The translations under genes and the position numbers were made by a program. From contig MU054693.1 of the NCBI GenBank assembly GCA_013239625.1, positions 248,001 through 312,000 of the forward strand: DNA of 64,000 nt, read 5' to 3'. Shown one piece after another: positions 25,501 through 37,955 of this stretch; the first letter of the stretch is position 1, and every line of letters starts with the position of its first letter. Below the pieces are notes generated by a model. It was not told where the DNA came from. It made no database searches and worked only from the letters and a program-made list of their open reading frames with translations. The DNA is from Lama guanicoe (lineage: Eukaryota).

Positions 25501-25699
25501 TCCCCAAGCAAGACCATCCATCAGAAGCTTCTCAGATTACTTGGGCAGCTGCATGGCTCTGAACCGTTGTCTCATCCAGGAAGGAAGGTTGCTAACAGGA
25601 CCAGCCACGTTGGCTTGTTCTGGGGAGTAAGTGGGAGAGTGCATGTGGAAGGCCCGGTGTGTGCCTGGTGTAGAACAGGCATTCAGCAGCTGGGAGCTG

Positions 25700-26050
25700 T
25701 TTTCCTCCCCCTGCCCATGACATGCCAGGTCCTGTGCCAGCACAACATATACAAAAAGAGTTTCAGTTTTAAGTGCTATGAAAATTATTCATTTTTGGAA
25801 GGATAAAGAGAATGAAGACGACAGGTATGGGAATGGCATTTTAGACAGTCACTGGGAAACGCATCTCTGACAAGGTGACATTTAAGCCAAAGGATGTATC
25901 GGAGGAGCCATGTGGGGGTTTGTAGGAAAAGCAGTCCAGGCAAAGGGCACAGCAAGTGCAAAGGTCCTAGGGCAGGATTGACCTTGACATGTTGAGTGAT
26001 GCAAGAGAACCCTGGTAGGTAGGAGTCAAGGTTAGAAAAGTGAGTGAGGG
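25700..26050 (-). mobile_element. L2 fragment
   Basis: tctctgacaaggtgacatttaagc...ccaggcaaagggcacagcaagtgcaaaggtcct is antisense L2. Confidence 0.7.
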
Positions 26051-26298
26051 GCTCAGTTCACGGGGCCGTGGATTCAACATGTACCTCAAGTAGACTTCAT
26101 TTTGTCTCCTTAAGTCATCACAGGCTGATAAAGAAGAAATTCAGGCAGGACATTTAGGATCCTTTCAACCCCAAGATTCCATTATTCTAGAATCATGTTT
26201 TTTTCCAAGCTTAATAGCAGTAGATACAGTATCATTTCTTGAAGTGCAAAATTCTAAAATTGATGCTGATGATACTTTTATCTCTTATCCCCTCCCAG

Positions 26299-26340
26299 CT
26301 TGATATATGGTCCAAGTCCAACTATCAAGTATTCCAGAAG
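26299..26340 (+). CDS. MED27: MED27 internal coding exon (42 nt, 14 aa; probably exon 6)
   Basis: ttatcccctcccag|CTT ... AAG|gtaagt; translates LDIWSKSNYQVFQK. Too short for the ORF track. Confidence 0.96.
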
Positions 26341-26419
26341 GTAAGTTTCACTTTTTGTTTCTTCCTCAGGAGGTATTAAGGGAGATATGACTATTTTGAG
26401 GTATAAACATTGGTCTTAA

Positions 26420-26695
26420 AAAGAAAAAACGGGTACAAAAGGCTGCTCACTGTATGACTCCCTTTATGTGACATTCTGGAAAAGACAAAGCCTCAGAGAC
26501 AAACCAGATCAGTGGTTGCAAGGGGTTGGGAGTGAGGGCAGGAGATGTCCCTAGATGTCCCTAGGGTGATGGAAATATTCTATGCATTCTATGTCTTAAT
26601 TATGGTGATTACACAATGATATTTCAAAACTCACGGAACTATATATCTACAAAGAGTGAATTTTGCTATTTATGAATTACACCTTAAAAAAAAAT
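26420..26695 (+). mobile_element. Old L1M 3' end
   Basis: ctgtatgactccctttatgtgacattctggaaaagacaaa...gatcagtggttgc...ggtgatggaaatattctat...aaaactcacggaact. Confidence 0.8.
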
Positions 26696-27129
26696 CAGAG
26701 GCTTTTGAGTTGTTCTAAGCTCAACCCGCAGTCTTTAAGCGCAGTTTCTCACAGCCCTTGTAACGGACACAGCTTCCTTCGGGGATGGACTGGGGGAAGC
26801 AGGCTGGCCCCACCCTCACTTTATACTACAGTGACATCTTTTTCAGATGTTGGGCTTTCTCGAGAAATACTGTTTGGGAAATGTCGGAAAAAGTGAAATG
26901 TGACCAGAGAAAATTCATTTCCCAGCTCCCGTTGGTGGAAGGGTCCCTTCCCTGGACCAGCTCAATACCTGGGGCTTCTGAGGGTTCCTACCCCCTCCAT
27001 GGCACCAGGCCAGCCCCCCTGCCAGGCACCAGCCACTGTCTTCAGTTCTCTCATCCTCTGTCTCTGCTTCCATCCAGCAGTGCACACAGTAGAGTTGGTC
27101 GTAAATTCGTTATTCATTGTCTCTTCAAG

Positions 27130-27560
27130 TTCAACAACAATCATTTATTGAGCCCCTTTGCCACATGCCAAGCACTGTGCTAGGAATACAGGGAAACAAG
27201 ACAAATTAGGAGGCGTAATAACTAACTCAGGATGCTACTAGAGGGCTGTGGTCGAGAACAAGAGGGGCCTCCTTCACACCAGGGTGGTCACGGGAGCCTT
27301 TATGCAGCAAAATTTAAACTGAGACAGGAAGCAGGAGGAGCTAGCCGTGTGGAGAGCCGTGTGGGAGGTGGAACCTCCCGGGGAGGAGGGGCGTGGCGCG
27401 GTCCAGAGCTGCAGGAGCCTGTGCGCGGGCAGGAGCGTGCGGGAGGCGGGCGGAAGTGGGGGCTGGCAGGAGCCTCTGGGCCCTGGTGCAGAATTTGGAT
27501 TGTCTTCTCAGTTCAGCAGAAGCCACCGAAAGGACTGACGTGGTGGAGGGACATCTTCTG
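27130..27560 (-). mobile_element. L2 fragment
   Basis: ttcaacaacaatcatttattgagccc...tgccaagcactgtgctagg is the antisense L2 tail. Confidence 0.65.
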
Positions 27561-27644
27561 AAAGCTAGGCCTAAGTTATCCGCACTTGAGTAACAACTGG
27601 GTCCAGGGTGTGCCAGGCGGCGCAGCGTAGGGCGCCCATTTGTT

Positions 27645-27805
27645 TATTTTTCAATTGAGGTGAAATTCATATAACATAAAATCAGCCATTTTACAGTGAA
27701 CGGTTCCATAGCTTCTAGGACTTTCAATGTTGTGCAACCACCACCTCTTTCTAGTTCCAAAAATTTTTATCACCCCCAAAGGACACGCATTCCCATTAGG
27801 CAGTG
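27645..27805 (-). mobile_element. L1MB-like 3' end
   Basis: ttgaggtgaaattcatataacataaaatcagccattttacagtg...gttgtgcaaccaccacctct...tagttccaaaa. Confidence 0.8.
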
Positions 27806-28019
27806 AGCATGGGGCTTTTGCACCCGAGGAGCGAAGTGGACCAGCCCTCTCACGGTGTTGAACGTACATCAGTTTCACATTGTTCCCTGGGCCCTTTACA
27901 GTGAGGGGGAAGCAAGGGAGTCTGAGGCTCAACACCGCACCTGGAGGGACCCTGTGTAAGCACTGCAGAGTCGCAATCTTACCACAACTGAATTCAGCAC
28001 ACTACCCTGTGTTGGCTGC

Positions 28020-28250
28020 TGAAACAGAAAAAGCAGATTAATGGGAAAACTGGTAAAATCCAGATAAAGTCTAGAGTTTAGTCAATAATAAGTAATCAGT
28101 ATTGCTTTCTTAGTTGTGACAAAGGACCTGGTAATGAAAGATGCTAACAGTGAGGGGACTGGAGGGGCACATGGGAGTTGTGTGTACCATCTTTGTGACT
28201 TTCCTGTAAATCTGAAACCGGCCCAAAATTAAAAGTTTATTTTAAAAAGA
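28020..28250 (+). mobile_element. L1MC/L1MD-like 3' end
   Basis: gaaaactggtaaaatccagataaagtct...tagttgtgacaaa...tgtaaatctgaaa...aaattaaaagtttattttaaaaa. Confidence 0.8.
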
Positions 28251-31200
28251 CAGTCATGGCACTGACTCTCTTCACACCCCTTTACCCAGCCGAGCTGCCT
28301 AGATGGAGAAAGGAGAAAACAGCCTCCCCTCTGGGTCAGACCCTCTGGGAAGGAAGTACGCAGTCATGTGAGGACGTGAGTGCAGACAACCCTGAGCGCA
28401 GACAGCCGCATCGCAGTCTGGGCTTTCTTGTATAAGTGACCACACCCAAGGCATTTACTTGCTCAGCACACACAAAGCTCAGCTTTAATTGCTGACTTTG
28501 TCCAGGCCAAACGCTCTTGTCCCTTTTTCCCCAGCAGCTGGCCGAAACACATTCTGAGAAGGAACACTGCGCATTAACTGTATCTTGTGCCGCTTTCATA
28601 GTCAGGAATGTTAAGACAGTTTTTGGGTTTATCTCAGTGTCCTCTGTGGTCCTGGAACAAGTTACTTTCCGGCTCCACAAAAGAGGGCCGTGAGCATCAC
28701 AGACCCACACTCTGGGATTTTAACAGTGGCCAGTTTCCATTCAGATACCACATATGTCTAGGGAGGGGCTTGCACAGGCTTGCCTTTGCAGCATGTATTT
28801 TTTAATGTTCTGTGTAGTATTAAGTATTTTTGAATGCAGGCAGAAAGTTTAATAGGCAGTCGTAAAATGTGTGAAACACAGATTTGGAGAGTCAGTGCTG
28901 TATTTTTATTCTACCTCCCTAAAAAGTAGCCTGCCACAGCACTCTTTATATTTGTTTAAAACTACAAACACACGCAGCAGCAGTGTTTAAAATTTGATAT
29001 TAGCTAGTTGGGGAGATTCGGGAACACTCACCGGTTCCCTCCTTGTGGTTTATGTAATGTGTTTGAAGCGGTAAAAATGGATGAATTTGTAGAGAGGGGA
29101 ATTTTTATCTCCACTGGTGAATGGCATGTTGTCTGCCCCTGTGCAGAGCTTTTTCTAAGATGCCTTTATCATCCCTCCCTTCACCTATTTTTTAACTATA
29201 TGGACTTGACCTCTGATACTGACCTGTACTAGGTTAAAGGACTGCAATTTGGAGACAGGTGGTAGAGCGTCCTGATTCAAAGGAAGGGCAGCTAACGTTG
29301 AGGTTCTTTTCCTTTTTCAGGGGCAGGTGAGAAATAGTGGGTTACAGCATCCTCTTCCTTCTCTACCAAAACATTGTCTATTTGCTGTCAAATGAAGCCT
29401 ATTTGGGAAAATAATGTAGTACAGAATTAAGTTTAATCCTTTATCAGTACAGCTTTCAACTAATCATCGTTACGTGGGAAGGGCTGGGATTTTGTTCTTG
29501 TGGAAGACGTTGGTGGAGAGGATACAGAGTGTGTGACGAGGAGTCGTGACGGGATGGGGCTGGGGGGCGACTGCACTGTGCTTATTTCATTGTGTTCATC
29601 TCGGGCCATGTTGGTGCTCAGAGGGCAGGCCTTCCTATTCCACAGCCAGACTGTGCCCTGAAAGCAAGGCTGGGACCACTTTGTTCATTGCCGATTCTGA
29701 AGTCCTGGCCCAGGTGACGGGCTGATGCTCAACATTCCAAACTCAAAGTGCCAGAAGGACAGATGAGGTGGCACCATTTCTAAAGTCTGCTTTTTAGGAT
29801 CAGCTTTTTCTTGGAAGCCTATTTTCTTCCTGTCCACTGACTTAAATTTTGGATGTCCTGACTGATGCTGCTGGTAGCATTTCCCAGAAAGACACCACTT
29901 GAGAGCAGAGTGGCGAACACTCCCTCTGCCCGTCATCTGCCTGCGCACGCCCATGCATAGAGACTGGTGGGCAAGGCGTGGTTATCAGCCTTACCTGCAA
30001 AGGCTCCACCTGAAACAGGAGTGAAAGTGACTGGAACAGGACACGGGCAAGGAAGCTCTTTGGTCACCAGTCAGAGGGCATTTCTCAGGCAGAAAACAGA
30101 CCCCACATGTCCTAATCATGTTGGTGGATGCAGTAACTGCACCCCACGTCTGAGGCGGGAACCCGGAGCCACCCGCATCAGCTCTGCTCGTATCATTGGA
30201 GGAGTCCTCCCTGCATTGCCCTGGTGGAGAACCCCAGGACTGCCTTTCTTTGGTGCTCATGTGGTTGCAGTGACCACAAGTAGCAGCAGTGGCCACCGCA
30301 CAGAGAGGCCTGCTGGGAAGGCGGGAAGCCCTCCCAGGTCTTTCCCCTCCATGTGACAAAGCCGCGGGCAGAAAAGGGCATTGCCTCCAGAGCCAAGCCA
30401 AGCTTACACTCGCCTTTGTATTTTCGGAAAATAGTGTCTGGAGATAGGAGGATGGAAGCACACACCGTCAAATTCTCCTTGGGCTGTGCCTGCCTCCCTG
30501 GGTTAAAGATGCTCCCACGAGGTCCTGTGGCAAATCTGACCTTGTGAAGCTAAGTGGGACCTGCCTTTTGTCTGCAGCAGGGACTGTCAGCAAGCCCTTG
30601 CCCTCTTCCTCATTAGACCCTTTTCCCGGGTGTGGGCAGCAGTGGAGGGCTGGGGGCAGCTGGCGGCGGGTCCGCGACTGCCGACAGGTTCCCCTCATTG
30701 ACTGGGGTGCCCTGGGGGCTCTCTGCACTCCGTCCTGGGGTGAAGGAGCTTTTTATAGCCTGCAAGTCTCCAGCAGCACAGATTCAGAGAATGGAACTTA
30801 GAAATAGGGGGGACAGTCTGAAAGGGCAGAATCACAAAGAGCCAGGAAAGGTTTCAAGCATGTTCAGATTTTTCTGACATTTAAACTCTGCAGGGGCAGT
30901 CACTGTTTTGATCTTTAACCTCTTCACTTCAAAACAGTGGGCATTTTCATCCAGTAACTTAGGAAGAGTGAGAGCAAATACGCAGCTCCTTACTGCGTTC
31001 AGTCTTGGCAGGGAGGCCAAAGAAAGAGGTGGAGTGTGTGCAGCCCCATGTAGGCAGGTGGAGAAGCCAGAGACAGTGTCAGAGGGACTGGCGCCTGCCT
31101 CGCAGCTTTTTCAGTTGGAGGCAAAGCACAAAAGTCATAGCCCGCAGATGTCTCAGTCCACAGTCGTTATTCTAGAGGCAACAGAGGGAAGAGTAACCCT

Positions 31201-32919
31201 CTCAGGCCCGTGCTGTCAGCAGAGCTTAGCTGCGGATAGGTGGGCTGTCCTGTCCGGCGGTGGGTGATGCTCTGGGCAGGCTGCCACTGCGTCCTCATCC
31301 CTGTGCTCAGGCACTCATTCATTGGTTCGCTTACTCATTCATGCTTTGATACAAAGACTGGCCTCCACGTGGAGCAGACTCTACCGAGGGGCGAGACTGA
31401 GTCATCCCTAGAAGAGAAATTTTAGAAACATGGAGTACCTGGCATAAATTGAGTGCCTACCCAAATAGCATGTGACAGACTTAACACATCACTAACTCCA
31501 CGCCCCAGGAGAGGGAACTGTCCCGACGTGGGACTGTTCCCTGAGGGCAGGACTAGCCTGTTTTGCACGGGGCTGTGTCCCTGTTCCCTGTGCGTGTAGC
31601 CTGCCGCCACATCGCACGTCACCAGAGAGGCTCAATGAACAGTCGCTATGTTCAGTCTCGTGTTCTGTGATGTCTGCCGTTGCTCCCAACCAGCCCACTC
31701 CTGTTTCCTTTCAGAAGGCCCTCTTCAAGCACCACAGGTAGGGAGGGCCCTGGAAGAGGCTGGGGCTGTGGAGAGAGGCCTAAGACCTCACGCCAAATCT
31801 TTGTCCTCTCCTGGCCTGGTGCCCCCCTCAGGGGAGGCCCACATGGGCAGAGGCCCCCGCACCGGGACGGGGTTCCTCAGCCCCCAGGAGGGGCTCTCTC
31901 TCATGTCACAGGAGGGCCTGTGCTTTGTCCAGAGCCTGGTGCTCTCATGGTCCCATCTTCTTTTAAATGCTCTTTTTCCAAAGAGGAGAACTTCTGGTCG
32001 ATAGAATGTGGTGCACTGGCGTCCCGTTTCCGTGCACCCTGTCGCTGGCGCCCCGGTGTGTCTTGGCAGTCCCAGTCGCGTAAAGCCTGCGAATGACTGA
32101 CTGGTGCGAGAGCCAGTGGAGGAAGACAGATTCCTGTCAGTGGACTGGATGAGGACAGTGCAGGGGAATGCGGCATGAGCCAAGTGTTGGGCTGTCGACG
32201 AGCTTCAGGACAGGAGAGGTGACAGGCAATTCCACGACCATCCCGGAGGGCAGCCCTTTCCTGAGCCGAGAGCCGGGCTGTACTGACCAGGCTAGGTGGG
32301 CAGAAGGAAAACAGGGGTGGTGGTGTTGTGTCAGCCCAGGGGGCCCTGGGAGCCGAGAAAGGCGGGATCGTTACACACACTCTATAGCTGGAAAGCCGCT
32401 TATCACAACCTCTTCTCTTAGGGGGTGTGTTGAAATATTCCCAAGCTTCTAAACCCAGGATGGATCGGATCCTTTGTTTCCCCCTCATGAGACCCCAGTA
32501 CCTTCCCTCTGCAAGGCTCTCCCCCCCCACCGCTGCGGGTGGTGGGGACCGAGAGTCGGGGTGCCCGCGAGCCCCCGGTGTGACGGTCACTGTGGAGCAG
32601 GAAAGCCGGCCCGCCCGCTGGAAGTGGTTTGTGGTCTCTGCCATTAGCGGAGGCCAGAGGGCTCGGTTTCATCTCTGTAGCTGACTTCTTCCTGAGGGGT
32701 TGCCCGGGACTCAGTGCACCCCAGGTCAGAACCCAGAGCGACTTCTGGGAAGCCCAGCCTCCTGTCATTCCCCACACCCCTTCCCACCAGCCCACAGGCC
32801 CCCCGGCGCCGCGGGGCACGTTCCCGGCAGCAAGCCCGCCCGCCCGCGGAGAGCCCCAGCCCGCTCCCGTCCGCCTCCCACCGCGTTCCCCACAGTGACC
32901 GCTGGGAGAGAGGCGGTCC

Positions 32920-33365
32920 AGCACCGTGGTGAGCACCATGCTGCACGTGTTCAGACCCCAGCTCACCACTGCTCCCTGTGCGGCCTCACCTGCCTCTGTT
33001 TCCTCACCTGCAAAACAGGGAAGATAAGAGGAATGGGTGTGAGGGTAGCTGAGCCCATCGGTGTGAAGTGTGAGGCGGACTTCTGGCCTGTGACTCACCG
33101 GCTTCTCTCAGGCGCTTGTCAGCCCTCCTCCCTCCTGCTGGCCTCTGCGCAGTGGACCCAGATGTAAGGCACAGGCTCGAATCAGGCCTAGGTTTGCACC
33201 CCGCACTGCTGTGCGTAAACTAGCTGGCTGCGAACCTCGGGCCAGGGATTTAGCCCTCTCTTCAGGCTTCAGATCCCTCCCCCAGCAATGAAAAGGGGGT
33301 AACAATAAAGCCTACGCCATAGGGTACTTATCGTGAGGGTTCAGCGTGCTGAGAGCGCTGGGAAG
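32920..33365 (+). mobile_element. Two MIR fragments (about 32920-33075 and 33165-33365)
   Basis: ctgtttcctcacctgcaaaacaggg and ggatttagccctctcttcaggcttcag...aataaagcctacgccataggg. Confidence 0.5.
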
Positions 33366-36300
33366 AGCCCGGCGGTGCGGTCACAGCGCACGTGCGCAGT
33401 AGACGTCAGCTGCCGTCGCCGGGAGGGGCGTGGAACTCGACTCCGCGGCCGTCTCTGTGTGGGGTCCATTTTAGGTTGGGTGTGTTTTGTAAAGTAAACC
33501 AAAGACCAGCTGCCGTGACAGATCCACACACTCCCACCAAAGCATCATCTGCCTTCGGTTTTCTCCAGGCACGTTCTCTCCTCTTCTGGTCCGAAAGCCA
33601 GTCACCCAAATCACAAGTCCCCAGTGGCGCTGTTTGGGCAGCACTGACACGCTGACATAGAATGACAGTCTCAGGACCTGGAACAGCCCCTCGTGTCCTG
33701 AGAAGGCTAGTGGCACCTCTGGTGAGCCCCAGAAGGCAGCTGAGCTGGATGTGTCCCACCCCAACCCCCCATACCCCCCACCCACCAGAAGCTGTGCAGA
33801 AGGCACCCAGCAGCACCACAGCAGCCGCCTCTCAGGCAGGGCTCACCCCCTGCACCACGGTCTCTGTTCTTCTGCAGTTGCCTCGAGTTTGATGAGGAAG
33901 TAGGTGGTATTGTCTGTATTTCCTTGGGAGCCCAGATGTCTTTGGATGTGTTTCTCTAACGGCAAGGCTGTTCCTGCAGAAAATGACATCACACCAAGTG
34001 GGTGCAGAACAAGTCAGGTATCTTTGGGACTGGGCTTTCCTGGCAGCCGGCAGCGGAGTCTGGCGTTTTACCATCTGGAGAGCGTTGAACTTTTTTTTGT
34101 TCCTCTAAAGGAAGAGCCTGTATTCCTTAATCCTGGGAAATGTGGAGGACCTTTTGTGTGCGGCTCCTCTCGGCGCTGCCCAAGGCCTTTGGCAGACGCT
34201 TAAAGCTGGTCAGGACCCTGGAGAGCTCCCCGCGTCCGCCCTGGGGTTTCCCTGTTCACCTAGGCCCCTCTCTCCGCAGTGCCCCGTGACCTCAGTTTTT
34301 CCCACCCCTGAACTCCGCCTTTCACTCTGCTCCCCGAACCCCGCTGGCCAAAAATAAGTCAATAGCATCTCACGTATTTCATCTCTCCTTCACTTGGGGT
34401 CCTATCAGGTGAGTGGTGCCAGTGCAGAGCACAGCTCAGGGCGAGGCAGAGGCTCCCGTCACAGGTCGGGCAAGTGCAGGACTGGGGTACCCACAGGGTG
34501 CTGCTGGGGTACAGGAGAGCCCAGGGTGGGAGGGGAGGCCCCTGGCCTAAGTCTCCAAGTGGGAGAAGGGCTCGGCCAGGGGAAGGGCCTTCCAGGCTTG
34601 AGTGCAGAGCAGAGTCAGGGAAGCAAGTCTGGGAGGAGGAATTGCTAAAGCAGCTGATACCGCTGGTGTGTGACGTGGGGACCAACGGAGACGAGGGTGG
34701 GACCCAGGTCATTAAGGACCACATATGCTATGCCATGGTGTCCGCAGGGTCCCGCAGGTGGCTGCAGAGTGGCTTAGGGGAGGCACATCCACCTCTGGAG
34801 GCTGTCCGCGACCAGCCTGCCCTCAACGGCCCAGGGATTTGAGAGGCTTCCCTTTGGTGCATCAGTGGCATCTTGGCTGGGACTTTCAAGAGGGTCAGCT
34901 TGGAGCCTCTCAAACCAAACAAAAACTCCTTTAAGGAGGCTCCGGTCTGTGCCACAGGCTGTGTTCTGTACTTTATAGGCGAGGTCTCATCCTCAGATGG
35001 AGCCTGATCTCAAAGCTGTGACTGGGGATTTCAGAAAGCGTGGAGTGGCAGTGTCTGTCTTCCTCTCTCCAGTTCCCTCCCAGACAGCTCTGCCCCAGTC
35101 TCATCCCAGAGCAGCATTGCCAGGCTCCAGTGGACAGTCATAAGCCCCTCAGAGCCCATGCAGATGGCTCCTTCATCAGGCAGAGAAGGAAGTATTGATC
35201 TTGTCTAAGTAATCCCTAGTCCCCCTGGACTGCGATGCTTCCTCCTCGGGCCTCTGGGTCTGCTGGCCCGTGGCATACAAACCCAGGGCACAGATGAGAG
35301 GCTGAGGCTGCGTACTAAAAACTGAACCCCCGTGCTTCTGCTCTCCTGTACTCCTGCCCCAGTTTTAGAAGCTGGTCTCTGCTGCTTCCCCATTACCCCC
35401 ACCCCCAGCACTTGCAGGACTGACTTCATAGCATTCAATTTTGAAATAATGATGATTCCTCTTTTCATGGAATGAGTACTTCTGGGACTGTTTTCAGTAT
35501 TCTTCTTGAAACAGTGCTCATCCTTGGAGCAGCATTGCTGTCTCTTGAAACATTTAAAAAGCCAGGTTCACATCTTTGACTCCTAGACCCACAAAGAATT
35601 TTCTCCTTGCAAGAGATTCCTAGTGTCTTTTGTGAAAAGTGGGTCTGTCTTTGGCAGAATCCTGAGTGGAGACCCAAACTCTTGGGCCAATCTCCTTGTG
35701 TGGCATTAAAGTATATCCAGCGAATGAAAGTTTATTTTTATCTCTCTGACTTGCAGGACCAGCATGGGTATGACTAAGTAGCAAATGTTTGGCTTTGCTG
35801 CCTGTTACTTTGTGCTCCAGAGTCTCTTTGAAACCTGTTGAGATGGAAAGAGGTTCCCAAGTACAGTGCTGTGCTGACGGTCTCCGTGGTTCTGAGCTCT
35901 TTGTAACCGGCCCCGAAATTGAGGACTGTGTGAGGGTACCATCACATCAGAGCGGCAGGCGGAGCGGGGCGGGAACCTGGCACCCTGGCACCTCTGCTGC
36001 CTGCTGGGATCAGCTTGTCCTTTTTCAGAGAACAAAGGTCGTTAATGTCACAGCTGGTTGGCCCGAGGTGGGAGCTCAGCACAGCTGTGCCCTCAGGGCG
36101 TGCAGTCAGGCCCTGCGCGGTGTCCACTGAAAGCCTAGGCCTCTAAGCGCCCAGGGATCCCAGCCTCATGCTCTTTAGCTGCGGGCCAGTGGGGGGAGTG
36201 ATGCGGCCAAGGTCACCTGGATAATCAGCAAAGAGTCCGGGACTGAACCCTGGCCTCCCCACAGCTCCGTGTCCTTTCCCACCACGCTGCCTTTTGTTCA

Positions 36301-37639
36301 CGTTAGCGCGGGCCAGAGAAGCTCCTGCTCACAGTGTGTGACAGCAGGTGCTGGGTGGAGGACAGCCCAATCTTGGTCTCTCTACCAGGCTTCTCTTAAA
36401 TAAGCAACTTCTGAACACTTGGGTACTTAACTTTTCCTGTTTATTAATCTTGTGGGACATACTTTTAATCGGCAGAGGCTCCAGCTCTCTGAGCTCAGCA
36501 GGGGAGGCCCTGGGCTTCGTGGGCTGTGTGCTGGCGGATAATGTACTCGGGGCCATTAATCCATCACATTAGGAAAAGCACCACGTAACTGCTGGGGCCA
36601 GTGTTCAGGCTCAGCCCCTACCCAGACTGTGCAGTCCCAGTCCTGCCCCCCTGGTGGTGGGAAGCGGGCAGTGACCTGTAGCAGCCTGTTCACCTGTGAT
36701 TCCTAACACTGCTGACACCAAGAGTCTCCTTCGGGAGCTTCTTTGCAACACAGGTCCTGGTGCCCAGCAGCCCACCCCCAGGACTGTGCTCGTTCCCCTG
36801 CTGCTCTGCAAGCTCTCCCCTCCAGCCCGGAAGCCCGCACCGAGTCAGGACCACACCTACTACCTTAGGGCTCAGGGACCCCTGAGAACAGTCCCTGGGC
36901 CACCAAGAAGTACAGCATATCCTTGCTTTTTAAAAGAGGAAACTGCTGGGGAATGATAATATATTAGAAGAGTTTTTATCCCCTCCTGGTGTCTCACTGG
37001 TCCTTTCTGTGAGTCACCACTCTGTCCTCTGTCCCTCCCTTATGGTAAAGAACAAAGTCTGCCTGGCCGCCTTAAAGCCTGGCTCTGGGGGACTGATCAG
37101 CAGTAGAAAATGGTCTTGCTGGACCTGAACCCATCCTGTTTGCCCCCTCAGCTGGGGAGGGAGAAGCTCAGGTGGGAGGAAGAGTGTGCTCTGGATGCCA
37201 GAGTCACCATGGCAACAGTGGGCTTTCCCCCTTTTTGGCCCCCGCCCTTTTAGATTCTGCTGCTCATGGCCTTTGATTAATCTGTGTGCACACCTCCCTA
37301 AGTGCTGCTGCCTTTCATTTGCCGTTTCCCACTTCGTTCTACAAGGCAGAGAGACTCATTCAGCCCTGAGCTCCTCTTGAGGGCCCACTCGTGGTGGTGT
37401 CAGGCCTTGTTCAGGGTGGGTGTTGAGCAAGACAGGCAGAAGCTTCCAGTGCGGAGGCAGGAGAGCTGTGTGAGGCAGAGGGAGGCAGGGTGGGGGTGCA
37501 AGGAAACAGACTTGGGGCGGAGTCCTGCCTCCACCCTAAGTGTCTTGGGTCCATTCCCTTCTAGGGAGGAGATGGCCTCAGGTGCCACCTTCCCACTTCC
37601 CCCCCAGCCTCTGTCCACTCGAAGGCCTAGCGCAGAGAG

Positions 37640-37955
37640 CCGCGAGGCCCAGGGCCCTGCTCTGCTCTCAGCAGCTGCCTGACTTGGGCAGGTCACTTAA
37701 CCGCCCTGTGACCTCGCTTCCTCATGTGGAAGTGGAAATTGTCCTCCATCAGTGGCGCCATCACGAAGTTGTGGGGGTTAAGTGAGAAGAAGATGATGCC
37801 TCACATTTGGTGGGCACTTGCCGCTTGTCAGGCACCGTTCAAGCACTTTCCCTGCGTTGACACGTGTGATCTGTGTCCAGGGTCACCCAGCTTGTAGTGA
37901 CAGACAAGATCCAAACCCCTGCGGTCTGGCCCCAAAGCCCAAGCTCCTCACCGGC
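37640..37955. mobile_element. Adjacent inverted MIR pair (+ about 37640-37790, - about 37795-37955)
   Basis: gacttgggcaggtcacttaacc...cttcctcatgtgg followed by gtccagggtcacccagcttgtagtgacaga...tctggccccaaagccc. Confidence 0.6.

Noticed and set aside
26543-26565. 11-bp tandem duplication (agatgtcccta)
   Set aside because: Trivial slippage inside a dead L1.
31901-33167. Overlapping 150-250 aa ORFs on both strands
   Set aside because: Stop-poor GC-rich sequence partly made of MIR; low-complexity P/G/R/A translations and no splice or domain support.
35731-35773. Possible 11-nt cryptic exon (ttgcag|GACCAGCATGG|gtatga)
   Set aside because: Weak donor, frameshifting and no other support.
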